Assembly (NCBI RefSeq): GCF_009834535.1
Contig: NC_045699.1
Coordinates: 68,572,001 to 68,636,000 of the forward strand
Length of the DNA: 64,000 bases
Origin: Camelus ferus
Taxonomy: Eukaryota
Direction: 5' to 3'
The translations under genes were made by a program, and so were the position numbers. The notes below the pieces were generated by a model. It was not told the DNA's origin. It saw nothing but the letters and a program-made list of their open reading frames with translations, and did no database searches. Shown here piece by piece: positions 23,520 to 35,600 of the stretch (the first letter of the stretch is position 1; each line of letters opens with the position of its first letter).

Positions 23520-23905
23520 AAAAGAACTATCCAGCTTTATTCATAATCACTAAAAACCACCGAGAAGTCCTTCCGTGAGTGAAAGGATTGACAAATGGTG
23601 GTACATCCACACAGTAGAACGCTCCACAGGGACCAAAAAGAATGAACTATTGATGTATCCAACGTGGATAAGTCACAGAAGCACGAGGCTGAAAGAAGCC
23701 AGTCTCAAAAGTCTACATACTGTCTCATTCCATTCAGATGACATTCTGGAAGAGACAAAATTATAGGAAGAACAAACAGCCCTGGAGTTGCCAGGAGGTG
23801 GAGGAAGGAGTCGACTGCAAGGGGCAGCATGAGGGACTTTTGGGGGTGATGGACCTGACTGTATCCTGATTGTGGCAGTGGTTAGGCAACTACATGCACT
23901 TGTCT
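23520..23905 (+). mobile_element. L1MC/ME-type LINE 3' region
   Basis: gctttattcataatcactaaaaac...acaaatggtggtacatccacaca...aaagaatgaactattgat. Confidence 0.75.
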
Positions 23906-25464
23906 AGAACTGGGTGCCAAAAACAGTGAACTTGAAAGTGATGTTCAAAAAAAGAGAGAATAGAGATTGGTGCTTAAACAAAAAGCACACTCTGCTTTCA
24001 TTTCTTTGACACTTACTACCACATATGTTACCAGACTCCAGGTCAGCTGCTTGCTGCTCGAAAGCCAGTACTCTTTGGAGCCCCACGGCCTCACAGAGCA
24101 TCTGCCTTGCCCCATTCTCCATCCTTAGCCTTCTCCCCTTTTCCTTTTGCCTACATAGGGCTTACTATTTGTGTTCCTCTGTCTAGAACACTCTGCCCTG
24201 AGATGTCTGTAGGGGCTGCTCCTTTGGCGTCCAGGTCCCAGCTTATATGTCACCGCCTCAGAGAGGCCCTCCTGGATGCCCAGTCTAAAGTAGCTTCCTG
24301 TCTCTGCTTTAGTCACCCTGCTTGACTTCCTTCCAAAGGATCAACTCTCCCATTATTTTCTTGCCTCTTCCTCCTACAATGTACTCTCCATGAGACCAAG
24401 GACATCATCTGTCCTCCACACCAAGTCCCCCATGCCAGAGCTGTGGCTGGGCCATAGAAGGATGTGCTTAATCCCTGGGGGAGAGCTGAACTGAAGCATG
24501 ATAAAATGGGTGTCATTTTAATTCCCATTTTACAGACAGGTGAACTGGTTTCAGAGACGTCAAATCACCCAGTCAGTAAACAGGGCAAATTGCGGTTGAC
24601 ACTCAGGCCCTTCTACCACCAAAGCCTGGGGCTGCACCCCTCTTTCCCAGTGCACCCCAGTGCTCATGTCACCCTGGCAGGGGACCAGCCAGCATGGAGG
24701 CCAGCGGCTTTGTCAGTGAAGTTGGTGTTCTTGAGAGCCTGCTCTGTGCACAGTAAGGACTATTTTGCACTTTCTTTGTCTTCAAAAACGGTCTGTTTCT
24801 TGAAATAATAAACTCAATACTTTAACTTAAATTTTAAAGCTCAATTTCCAAATCTCATGCTGCTTATACATTTGGAACAATTTAATAATCACTGGTAAGA
24901 ACTCCTCTTGTTAGGATTAAAGACATCCACTATGTGAGGACAACAAGCCATTTGGGGTGGTTTTCCTGACAGACCGAGGCTGCATATTGACTGAATATTT
25001 TGGCCATGACTCAGGGTTCCCTCTCCCCCAGGAAATCTCGAGCTCTTCACAGACCACACTGAGTCCTCTTTCATAAATCTCTTTGTCAATCAGGACTCCA
25101 AATAGGGTGGTATGTACCAATGTACCAACTCCAATTACCAAATTTTTCAAACTAACTGAGATTTACAAAAACCTTCTGCCCCACCCAGGTTTCTTCACCC
25201 TTGAGGTGGATCCAGCTGATCCATGTATTGCTTGATTATATCCTGCACTTTCTACTTATAAACATACATATTTCCATAAGCTTCCTATCTAACAAGGTCA
25301 CACCTCTTAGACAGGATTGAATCATGCATAGCTCCTCTGTTCCCGAGGTTTCAATAGGAAAATCACCCTGGGGACACACCAAAGGCAGAGTTGGGGTGGG
25401 CCTAAATTGGGCCAAGGTCAAGATAGAGAGGCCAAGGTTAAAAAGATTAAGAGCAGGAGCTCTG

Positions 25465-26370
25465 GATGAGTCTGGCTAAAGGTTTATCAGTCTTCTTGAT
25501 CTTTTCAAAGAACCAGCTTTTAGTTTCATTGATCTTTTCTTTCCTTTTTTTTTTTAATCTCTATTTCTGCTCTGATCTTTATGATTTCTTGCCTTCTACT
25601 AATTTTAGGTTTTGTTTGTTCTTTTTCTAGTTGCTTTAGGAGTAAGATTAGGTTGTTTGAGATTTTTCTTGTTTCCTATAAGCTTGTATCTCTATAAACT
25701 TCCCTCTTAGAATTACCTTTTCTTCATCCCATAGGTTTTGGATCATTGTGTTTTTGTTTTCATTTGTCTCCAGGTATTTTTTAAATTTCCTCTTTGATTT
25801 CTTCAGTGATCCACAGATTGTGTAATAGCATATTGTTTCGCCTCCATGTGTTTGTGTCTTTTGCAGTTTTTTTCTTGTAGTTGATTTCTAGTCTTACGCG
25901 TTGTGGTTCAAAAAGATGCTTGATATGATTTCAATTTTATTAAATTTACCGAGGCTTATCTGGTGGCCTGGCCTGTGATCTATCCTGGAGAATGTTCCAC
26001 ATGCACTTGAAAAGACTATAAATTCTGGGAGTAGGGTAATAGCTCAGTGGAAGAGTGTGTGCTTAGCATGCACAAGGTCCTGGGTTCAATCCTTAGTCCT
26101 CTGTTTAAAAAAGAAGTGTATATTCTGGATGATCTGTCCATTGATGTGAAGTCCCCTATAATTATTGTGTCACTGTCAATTTCTCCTTTTATGTCTGTTA
26201 ATATCTGCCTTATAAACTGAGGTGCTCCTGTGTTGGGTGCATATGTATTTACGTGGTTATATCTTCTTCTTGGATTGATCCCTTGAGCATTATGTAGCAT
26301 CCTTCTTTGTCTCTTGTAATAGTCTTTATTTTAAAGTCATTTTGTATAATGTAAGTATTGCTATTCGGCT
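25465..26370 (-). mobile_element. L1 ORF2 endonuclease-region fragment, interrupted by a SINE
   Basis: Translation YAPNTGAPQFIRQILTDIKGEIDSDTIIIGDF matches the L1 APE domain; degenerate. Confidence 0.9.
26027..26112 (+). mobile_element. Short camelid SINE nested in L1
   Basis: gggagtagggtaatagctcagtggaagagtgtgtgcttagcatgcacaaggtcctgggttcaatcc plus A tail. Confidence 0.85.
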
Positions 26371-27139
26371 TTTTTTTTTTTTTTTTTTTTTTTTGAGTCT
26401 GAGGTGATTCTAATACAAAGGGTCTAAAGCCCCACTTTCTGAGAATGTGGGACACTTGCCTCAGGTATGAAGGCATGAGGGACTTGAGTTGATTCTCATC
26501 CACAGGCAATCAGGCTCATCACTGGGCCCTGCACCCTCACCTGGGTGTTCCCTGATAACTCAGATACCTTTTGAACTGTACTGACTGTTCCCTTGGCCTT
26601 GAAGGCTTCTTCCTTGAGATAATTTCCCAGCTCTGTGCCTCACCTCCTTCAGCTGTTTATTTGAGTGACTCCTTTGCAGGCAGCCCTACTCAACATTGCC
26701 AAACTCCCTTTCCCCACATGGTATTTGGACTGTCTTGTTTACTGATGTATTCCTGGTGCCTCCAACAGAATCTGGCAAATAGTAGGCACTAAATGAGTAT
26801 TTGTTGAGTAAATATTGAATAAACTGGCTGGAATCCAGAACTTTGAGAAAGCTGCCCCATCCTGGCAGCATCATTTACACAATGGGAAGGAAGGGGCCAA
26901 GGGGGGAGGAGGTCAGGACCTTCCTCAGCCAGAGCCCTGTCTCTGGCCACGCCCACAGGGTCTGGAGGAAGGGACAACCATACCTGATGGACAGACAGGG
27001 AGAAATGGCCACACTCTACTGTTATATGGAAGAAGCCAGTTGTGATACACTGTGTGTATTATGATTCCACTTCATTAAAAAATTAACCATTTAGGTTATT
27101 TATTCAGTGAACATGTATATACTGAACACATCTACACGT

Positions 27140-27916
27140 AAAAACAAAACAAAACAACTCCTGTTTCCTTTCCATACACAATACTTCTGACACCACATAT
27201 GTGGAGTTTTCCACACCAAGCAATTCTCCAATTCCTTGTGGAGAGGACGGAGCGTCCTACAATTTAACTCAATTCTGACACTCACTGCCTGGAGTTAAAC
27301 TCACACCACACAGGTGAAGGGCTCAGTCCCACAACACTGTCCCCATTTCAGACGCTTACCACAAGTCCCAGGTTGGCACGTACACTGCTGACCGATTGGC
27401 TATAAATTGGCAGTTCTCATGACCCCCAAGTTTGATCATTTGCCCAAACGGCTCACAGAACTCAGAGAAACATGTACTTATGTTCACTAGGTTTATTATA
27501 AAGGACACAGCTCAGGAACAGCTAAATGGAGGAGGTGCACAGGGCAAGGTACGTGGGAAGGGGCAGGAGCTTCCACGCCCTCTCCGGGTGCAGCCCCCAC
27601 CCCAGCACCTAGATGTGTTTGCTAACCCCAAATGCTCTCCAAACCCCATCCTACAGGGTTTTTGTTTTTTTGGGTTTTTTTGGAGCTTCTATTAAGTAGG
27701 CAGGTGTGGTTGAAAGGGGCTTGTCATGAATAACAAAAGACACTCACTGCTTTTACCTCCTGGCGCCCTTTCAGGAACTGGGGACAAAACATAAAATAAA
27801 AGATGCTCTTTTCACCTTTATCACTTAGGAAATTAATTACAAGGGGTTTAGGAGCTCTGGCCAGAACTGGGGAGGAGGACAAAAAACTCTATTTCTTATT
27901 ACATCCCATTATCACA
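27140..27916. mobile_element. MER21-like ERVL LTR
   Basis: ttctgacaccacatatgtg...aactcaattctgacact...ggctcacagaactcagagaaac...gtttattataaagga as recalled for MER21; boundaries approximate. Confidence 0.65.
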
Positions 27917-28489
27917 ATTCCTTACAATATTCAATTCCTTACATAAATATTTATTAAGCATCTACTATGTGCCAGGCCTGGGACCACCACCACGAAAGCA
28001 GCAATAGCACCAGCAGAGGGGCAAGATGGAGTCGTGGTTGGGAGCACTGACTCGGGACAGCACAGATGTGATCCCTGGTTCTGGACCCCCTTGTTGGGTG
28101 TCCTTTGGCTTGTCATTTGCCCTCTTCATGCCTCAGTTTATAGGCATAGTGCCTAAACCCTAGGCCCATTAGAGTATTGAATGAGATCAGTGTGTTAAGT
28201 GCTCTTAGCCCAGGGCCTGGCACAGGAAAAGCTTTTACCTTGTGACCTTGGGTTTGTCTGATCTCTGTGGGAGACAGAGACTGTTGGCCATCACTTCCAT
28301 CTGACAGGTGAGAAACCAAGACTCAAGTGACAAGAGACCAACATGAAGTCACTTGTTCAGTTCACATCCTAAGGAAAGGACAGGGCTGGGATTCAAACCC
28401 AGAGGTCAGTCCCACAGCCCCTCTCGGGTCTTTTCAATCTGCACAGGGAGCACATATCATGCTCTTAAATGAAAAAGACAGATACATTC

Positions 28490-28901
28490 TGTGGGGACTA
28501 AGTTTATGTGTCAAGTAGGCTGGACCACAGTTGTCACATGGACACTTGGTCAAACACCAGTCTAGATGTGGCCATGAAGGAATTTTCAAGATGAGATTAG
28601 CATTTCAATCAGTAGATTTACCAGATTACCCTCCACAGTGTGGGTGGGCCTCATCCAATCAGTTGAAGGACTTAGGGAAAAAATCCTGAGGTCTCAGGAG
28701 GAAGAGGGAAAGCTGTCTCAAGACTGTTTTGGGACTTCAAGCTGCAACATCACCTCTTCCCTGAGTCTTCAGCTGGCTGCCCTACCCTGCAGATTTTGGA
28801 CCTGCCAATCTTCACAATCACATAAGCCAATTCTTTAAAATAAATCTCTGTATATACATATCCTATTGTTTCTGTTTCTCCGAAGAACACTGACTGATAC
28901 A
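28490..28901 (+). mobile_element. MLT2-type ERVL solo LTR
   Basis: TG...CA ends; tttatgtgtcaa...gtgggtgggcctcatccaatcagttgaagg...aataaatctc. Confidence 0.8.
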
Positions 28902-29411
28902 CATCTGCCCTAGAAACCCATGGCAGGGCTCAGGTGAGTGAAGTAGACGAAGCCTATCTCTCAACAGACTCCTGAGAGAAACTTTTAGCTTTAGAATCTA
29001 AGACCAACTACCCACACTTTGTAAATTCTAGAATATGATCCAGATATACCTCTTATATACAGTGTAGTCAAATAAAAAGTTTGAATTCTTATTTGTATAA
29101 TGAAAGAGGAGCTTCTTGGAGAAGCCCTTGAGGGGACAGCTTCACAGTTTGACCCTGGGTTGCCACCCTCTAGACCCACTGAGGCCCTGCGCCCTCCCCC
29201 TTCCCCCAGCCCTCCCATCAAAGAGTTCCTAGGGAAGCGTTTATTAACCACAGCATCACAGGTGCCCTAGTCAACTTGTAGCAGGTGTGAAGGGGCTGCG
29301 GCTCCAGTGGCAGGAGGAAGGGGCCTGCCCTGACCTCGGGGGGAGCTTTTGGGCACAGGTCAGTAGTGCACTTTGGAGCACTAGACCAGTCCAGGTGACT
29401 GTCTAACCATC

Positions 29412-29846
29412 TGTTATGGGTTGAATCGTGTCCCTGCAAAATCCTCATGGTGAAGTCCTAATGCATAGTACCACAGAATGATGTGACTTCATTTGGATGG
29501 ATTTAGAGTCACTGCAGATGTAATTAGTTAATACTAATTAACACTGAGTAGGGTGGGTCCCTAATCTGACTCCTGTCTTTATAAAAGGGGAAAATTTGGA
29601 CACAAGCATGCACTCAGGGAGAACGCCATGTGAACATGAAGGCAGAGGCTGCGGTGATGCTTCTACAAGTCAAGAATGCCAGAGACTGCCGGCAAACCAC
29701 CAGAGAAGCTAGGAGAGGCATGGGACGGTTTTCCCTGCAGCTCTCAGAAGGAATCAACACTGCTCAGACTTCCAGCCTCCAGAACTGTCAGTCAGTAAAT
29801 TTCCATTGTTTAGGTCACTCAGTTTGAGGCACTTTGTTAGGGCATG
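29412..29846 (+). mobile_element. MLT1B/C-type MaLR solo LTR
   Basis: tgttatgggttgaatcgtgtccc...cagaagctaggagaggcatgg...cagcctccagaactgt. Confidence 0.8.
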
Positions 29847-29969
29847 CCCCACCACCCATGGCTGTTGGCTACTCTTCTTAAATGGTCTCTCAAATAGCCA
29901 TCAGTGATGTCCTGAAGACCAGAAGGGAAAGACAACACATAACTGGCCTCCGAAGGGCCCTGTGGTGTT

Positions 29970-30090
29970 TTTAAATTTTTGTTTTGTTTTTTTTTTGGGG
30001 GGGTAATTAGGTTTATTTATTTATTTTTAATGGAGGTACTAAGGATTGAACACAGGTATGCACTCTACCACTGAGCTATACCCTCCCTGC
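29970..30090 (-). mobile_element. Camelid SINE with an internal deletion
   Basis: gggtaattaggtttattt...ggaggtactaaggattgaacacagg|tatgcactctaccactgagctataccctccc. Confidence 0.8.
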
Positions 30091-30117
30091 CCCTCGGAGG
30101 GCCCAGTTTTTTAAAGC

Positions 30118-30235
30118 CCTGGTTTCAGATACCTTGGGAACTTGCTAAAATGCAGACTTTGGGCCCCAAACCTACTAAGTCAGAATCTGAGGGCTGGGGC
30201 TATAACCTGGATTCTCAAAGATCTCGCCAGGTGAT
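30118..30235. mobile_element. MER5A-like hAT DNA transposon fragment
   Basis: ttgctaaaatgcagactttgggcccc...cctactaagtcagaatctg. Confidence 0.6.
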
Positions 30236-30254
30236 CCCTTTTTTTTCCTCAATA

Positions 30255-30790
30255 GACTGTCTTTTTAGAATAGTTTGCAGAAAAATTGAGACAATACTAC
30301 AGAGAATTCCCATATACTCAGTACCAAGTTTCCCATATTTGTGTATTAACATCTTAGATTAGTATGATACACATTTGTTACCATTAATGAACCACTACTG
30401 ACACAGTATTATTAACTTTTATCCACAGATTGTTTAGATTTCCTTTGTTTTCACCTACAGTCCTTTGTTTCTGTTCCAGGACTCCATATTACATTTAGTT
30501 GTCACGTCTCCTTAGGTTCCTCTTGGCTATGTCAGTTTCTCAGACTTCACTGCTTTTGATGACGTTGACAGGGAACTGGTCAGGTGTTTTGTAGAAGCCC
30601 ACACCCCTATTACTGGAATTTGCCTGATGTTCTCCTCATGATTAGAGACCGGAAGATATGGGGTATTGGGAGGAAGAGCATAGAGGCGAAGGGCCATTTT
30701 TATCACACAATATCAAGAGTACATACTTGCAACATGACATGACTGTTGATGTTGACCTTAGTCACCTGGCTAAGGTAGTGTTGATCCAGC
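30255..30790 (-). mobile_element. L1MB-type LINE 3' region
   Basis: tttgcagaaaaattgag...attaacatcttagattagtatgatac...ttagtcacctggctaaggtagtg. Confidence 0.65.
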
Positions 30791-31287
30791 TCCCAACTGA
30801 TTTTGATGCCAGAGAAACAAGAGGGGATGGAGAGAAGAACTTTGGCCCTACAGGTGACCACCCTTTTGGGTCACTGTTCAGGAGAAAGTAGCCACAGCAA
30901 GCGGACAGCCCCCACAAAGAGAGCAGTTCTTACGTGCCAGGCACCATGCCAGCACCTGACTGTCCACAACTTCATCTGTCCCCAAGAGGTGGGTGAAATT
31001 ATTCTTCTGTTCTGGATGAGGGAGCTGAGCTCTCCAGGCCTCACGGCCAGGAACCCACAGGCCACGCTGGCTCAGCACTGCTCCCAGACGCTGGGTGTTC
31101 CAGAATGAAGGTAAGGGAGCCATGGAGGCTGTGGCCCCCTTTCCCAGGGTGACAGCAGGGACAAGAAACACGTAGCGCCTCCACTCGGCCCACATTTGAG
31201 CCCTGGCCAGAGGCCAACTTGCTGCTCCTAGCCCAAGTGTTCTGAGTGGGAGATACCCACATGGAGAGAGGTTAAGACAACCAAGCT

Positions 31288-31410
31288 GGGGGGAGGGTAT
31301 AGCTCAGGGGTAGAATGCGTGCCTAGCAAGCACGAGGTCCTGAGTTCTAATCCCCAGTACCTCCATTAAAATAAATAAATACAATCTAAATACTGCCCCC
31401 CCATAAAAAA
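31288..31410 (+). mobile_element. Camelid tRNA-derived SINE
   Basis: ggggggagggtatagctcaggggtagaatgcg...ccccagtacctccattaaaataaataaat. Confidence 0.88.
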
Positions 31411-32348
31411 GTATACAGTGCTGTATGTCCATTGTATATATCTCAATAAAACTGTAAGGCAAAAATTAAAAAAAAAAAGACAACCACACCAAAACAAAAC
31501 AAAACAAAAACAGGAAAAAAGTACATATGAGGCCAAGGTGTTCAAAGTCAAAAGAAATAACAATGGCAGAAAAAAATGGGGGGGCAGTAATTTCCTCGAG
31601 GGTGTTAGAATAGAGCCTTTTGACCCTGCACATGATGTATTTACTTAACCAGGCCCTTGTCGATGGAGGGTAATCACAGTTCCTGTTTGTTCCTATTATG
31701 ATGCAGCTGTGAACATCTAGGTACCTAGAACTTTCTGCAACTTCGACTTCGCTGGAAGACAGATCCTGAAACTGAACCTGCCGAGTCACAGGACAGGAGT
31801 AATGTTGATACAACTTCCAAATTACTCCTAAAAGGTTACACAGCTGTATATTCCCACCAAGTGTAGGCTGCCCATCTTCTCACAGCCTCCCTAACGCTGG
31901 TGCTGTCTTTTTCTTAAGTTTTTTTAAAAGGCAAGGTAAGTCATTTCATTTTCATCTGTATGTCTTTCATGATTAGAGAGGCTGAGCATCATTTCAGGTT
32001 TACTGACCATTTGGATTTTTCTATCTAAACACACAATTCACATCATTTTAGCCTAATTTTGTCATCTTTTTCTTAATGTTTTAAAAACTGTTTTTATATT
32101 ACAGATATTAGTTTGTAAATATAAATATTTTTATCAGTCTGTCATTTGTTTAGCGTCTTTTCCTCCATAGAGAAGTTTTTCTTTTTGAATTGAGCCAAGT
32201 CTGTTGACCTTTTTTTTTCTTACAGCTTCCGAGTTTTCTGTCACATGTGAAAAAGCTCCCCCTAGTCTCACATTCTGCCCTAGTCATCAGTTCCGGCTCA
32301 CGAACAATTCTCTTTATACACCCACTGCCCCACCAGCTGCCCGGCTTT

Positions 32349-32674
32349 TCAGTGCCTCACCTGGCCCTCCTGCCCCAAGGCAGAGTTTGGCTCCTCAGAG
32401 TCCCAGGGCCGGCCTGGACCAGGGAGCAGCTGGGTGCCCGGCCCTGGCCTCAAGCTCTTCTCCAGCTCTGCTGCCACCCGGGGAGCTGCGGCCTGGATGG
32501 CACCCTGGATGCTGGGTAGGTCCCACTGGGTCCTCAGAAGGGCATCGTCCAGGGTGAAGAAGCCATCACGCGTGCGCCGCACTTGGGAGCAGACAGCAGT
32601 GCTCTTCAGTTCCAGGCCGATTTCATGCACCAGCCTTCGCAGCTGCTTCTGCGTCTCATGCATGCACTGCACCT
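32349..32674 (-). CDS. TRUB2: TRUB2 exon 8 (stop)
   Basis: tggcag|AGGTGCAG...CACTGA; EVQCMHETQKQLRRLVHEIGLEL... Confidence 0.95.
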
Positions 32675-35600
32675 CTGCCAGGGGCACACAGTGACAAGTG
32701 CGTGGTCAGGAGCACGGCCTCTGGTGTCCGCTGATCTAGATCCACACCCCTTGAGACCTGGCTGTGTAACAGCCTTAGCAAGACACCTTAGTTCTCTAGG
32801 GCTTTGCTGATGTAGCCCAGGGCCGACCCTGAGTTTGTTAGACATGCAGAATCTCAGGACCCACCTGACCTGATGAGTCAGAATTTGCCTTTTAAAAAAA
32901 AACCCCAGGTGAGTCGCAGGGAGATTAAAGTTCCAGAAGTGTTGCTCTAAGACTTGGTTTGCTCATTGGTAAAATGAGGGGTTGTGAGGAATCCAAGAGA
33001 TAATTTCTACAAGGTGCTTAGCCTCCGGTACAGACTCCTGGTTAGTACTGCAGAAAAGGAGCCCTTGTTAATAATTATCAAGAGAGAAGAAAGAAGTGGC
33101 GTGGGAGGGTGGGGGTGCTGAGCTGGGTGGGATCAGGCAGGGGAGAGTGGTTATCTGATGACCCACAACGACTTGAAACACTGGGTGGCTCTGGAAATGA
33201 GCCACTAAATATAAACTTTCCTTGTTAAGGTCTGGCTTCAAAGCGGGACTCGGCAGGAGACAGGACGGGGCATTTGTTCTGTGCGCTGTGTGATCGGCCA
33301 AGTCCCGCCCAAGGCCAGGAAGGAAGTCGGCCCCTGGTGCCTCGGGCACAGAGATCAGGGCTCACGGGTGCTGGCCTCTGCAAAGGCATTCCACAGTGAC
33401 TCCCCAAGCCCAGGGGCCCTTTGGCACTGCTCCAACTTCTTAGTGCCTCTTACCTAAGAGGAATTCCGGGGGTGCAAACTGGAGGCATCGGATGCCGGTT
33501 ATCAGCATCGGGGACTTGTTCATGGGCCGGATCAAGCCGCTTACGGCCATCTCATAGGCCTCCTGAGTCTGCAGGTCGAGGTTGGAGTACCTGGGGATTA
33601 GAAGGGGCCCGAGTGGGCAGCTGGTATGGGCAGTGGGGGAGCCGGGCTGACTGCCGACACCTGGCCCTGCCCTACTCATTCCTCTCCTGAAGCTCATCTT
33701 TCTCTTTCCATCTTATCCCTGCTCCTCCAGCCACCTCTGCAGCAGCCTTTTTCTGTCCCCTCCAATCTCTAACTGCAGGGTCTGCCCACCTCTGCACACT
33801 CTCTCTGACTTTAACTGTCAACCATGCGCTGACCGCCTGCACCCTGGCTCTGTGCTGTGATGGTGTGGACCTCTGGCTTCTCCATAGATCATATACTCCC
33901 TAGGAGGCCTGTTCCCCTTGGTCGTGGCACAAAGAAACACTTCTGTGTGCGGTGAAGGAAATGGGTGCTTCGTGTCAGGCTCTGAAAGGTGGATATGTGA
34001 AATCTGTCCCAGGGTGGGCGGAGCTGACAGGGAGCCCTTTGGGCATTTGTCCTTCCAGCACTTCCTCAAGGGCCCCCTTTCAGGGAGGTGTGGGTCGGGC
34101 CTCACTTACATCACCAGGGCCTTCTGATGGGAACCTTGGATCAGGGCCAGGATTCGGTCCAGCTTCTCCCTTGTCACGTGGTCTGCAAAAGCCATGGGCT
34201 GGTCAGCACACAGGTGCCAACTGAGGAGGGGAGTCAACAAACCGGCAAGCTCCCTCCCCTCAAAGCAGCCCTGTCCTTGGAACTAGAGGGGGGCCCAGAG
34301 CATCCTCTGGTCCCAGGGTTCCCATTTAGGGGGTTGAGAGTGCTTTGAGAATCTTAAACGCTCTGGACCTTCTCAGAAAGATACTCATGAACTCAACATA
34401 TTGAGGACAATTTCAAGGGGCTCACACACTCCAGGTTAAGAACACGTTCTACTAGAAATGAGGCTCAAAGATGTAATATGACTTGCCTGATACTCTAAAC
34501 CAGGTCCCCTGAGCCCCAGTCCAGGGTTTTTCATGCTGGGGACCCTAGGAGGGAGGATGCCACCTGGTCAAATGCAGAAACAGGTGGCAAGAAGTGGGAG
34601 TGGCTCTGTCTGCTGGTCCCAGTAAGTGACTGCGGGGCAGGCAGCAGCAAAACCTGGGGTTGCTCACAAACTCTGCGGGGAGGCCAATCCTACAGCTCCC
34701 TCAGGAAGCTCAGGTGCCAACTGCTGACTGCACAGGCCAGAGTCCTGTGAGCAGGTGTGGGGACTAAAGTCTGGCCAGCTCAGAAGGGCCTGGGCCTCTG
34801 ATCCTTTCTGTCTGGCTCATTATGCTGTTGTCTTACCTGGAATGCACAAGCTGCTGCCTCCTCCCCACTTATTTAAAGCTCAAGTGCTGCCTCCTCCAGG
34901 AAGCCTCTCTTGGAGCACACCTCTTCTTCCTGGCTCCTGTCACTCTGTACCTGGGTCACTTTCCCAGTATTTAATTTTCTTTGGTGTTTACATTATTTTT
35001 CAATTATATAATTGATATATACATCTTCTGTAAGCAATTTAGATCAACACCAACAAACATCTCTCCTCCAAATTCTGGCTTCCCCCCTCCCAGAAATGCC
35101 AACTTGGTAGTTGTCTTTAGACTCTTTTTGGATGTTGACACACACCTACAAGTACAAATAGATAGCGCTGCTTTGCCATATGTTCCAGAAGATGTAGAAG
35201 TGTATGTCTGCTCTCCTTGATAGACTGTGAAGTCACTGAGATTGGGGATCCCATCTGATCCATCACATGTCCCCCCTAGTGCCTGGCACATGGCTGGTGC
35301 TCAAAAAAACATCTGTCAAATCAGCAAATGCAACAGATCCTACAGGAAGTCTTAGAACATGGGGAGAGTGAGAAATGAAGAATGAGCCATCTATCCACCC
35401 ACTCACCCATCCAGCTACCCACCCATCTGCCCATCCATCCATCATCCACCCACCCATCCATCCATCATTCCAGCACCCACCATGTCCCAGCCCCTGTGCT
35501 GTGTGTGACCATAGGAGTAGAACTACCCAGTCTCTGCTCTCGTGGGTGACATTCTGGTAGGGAGACAGGTATTAAATAATCACTAATCACTACTTGATTA

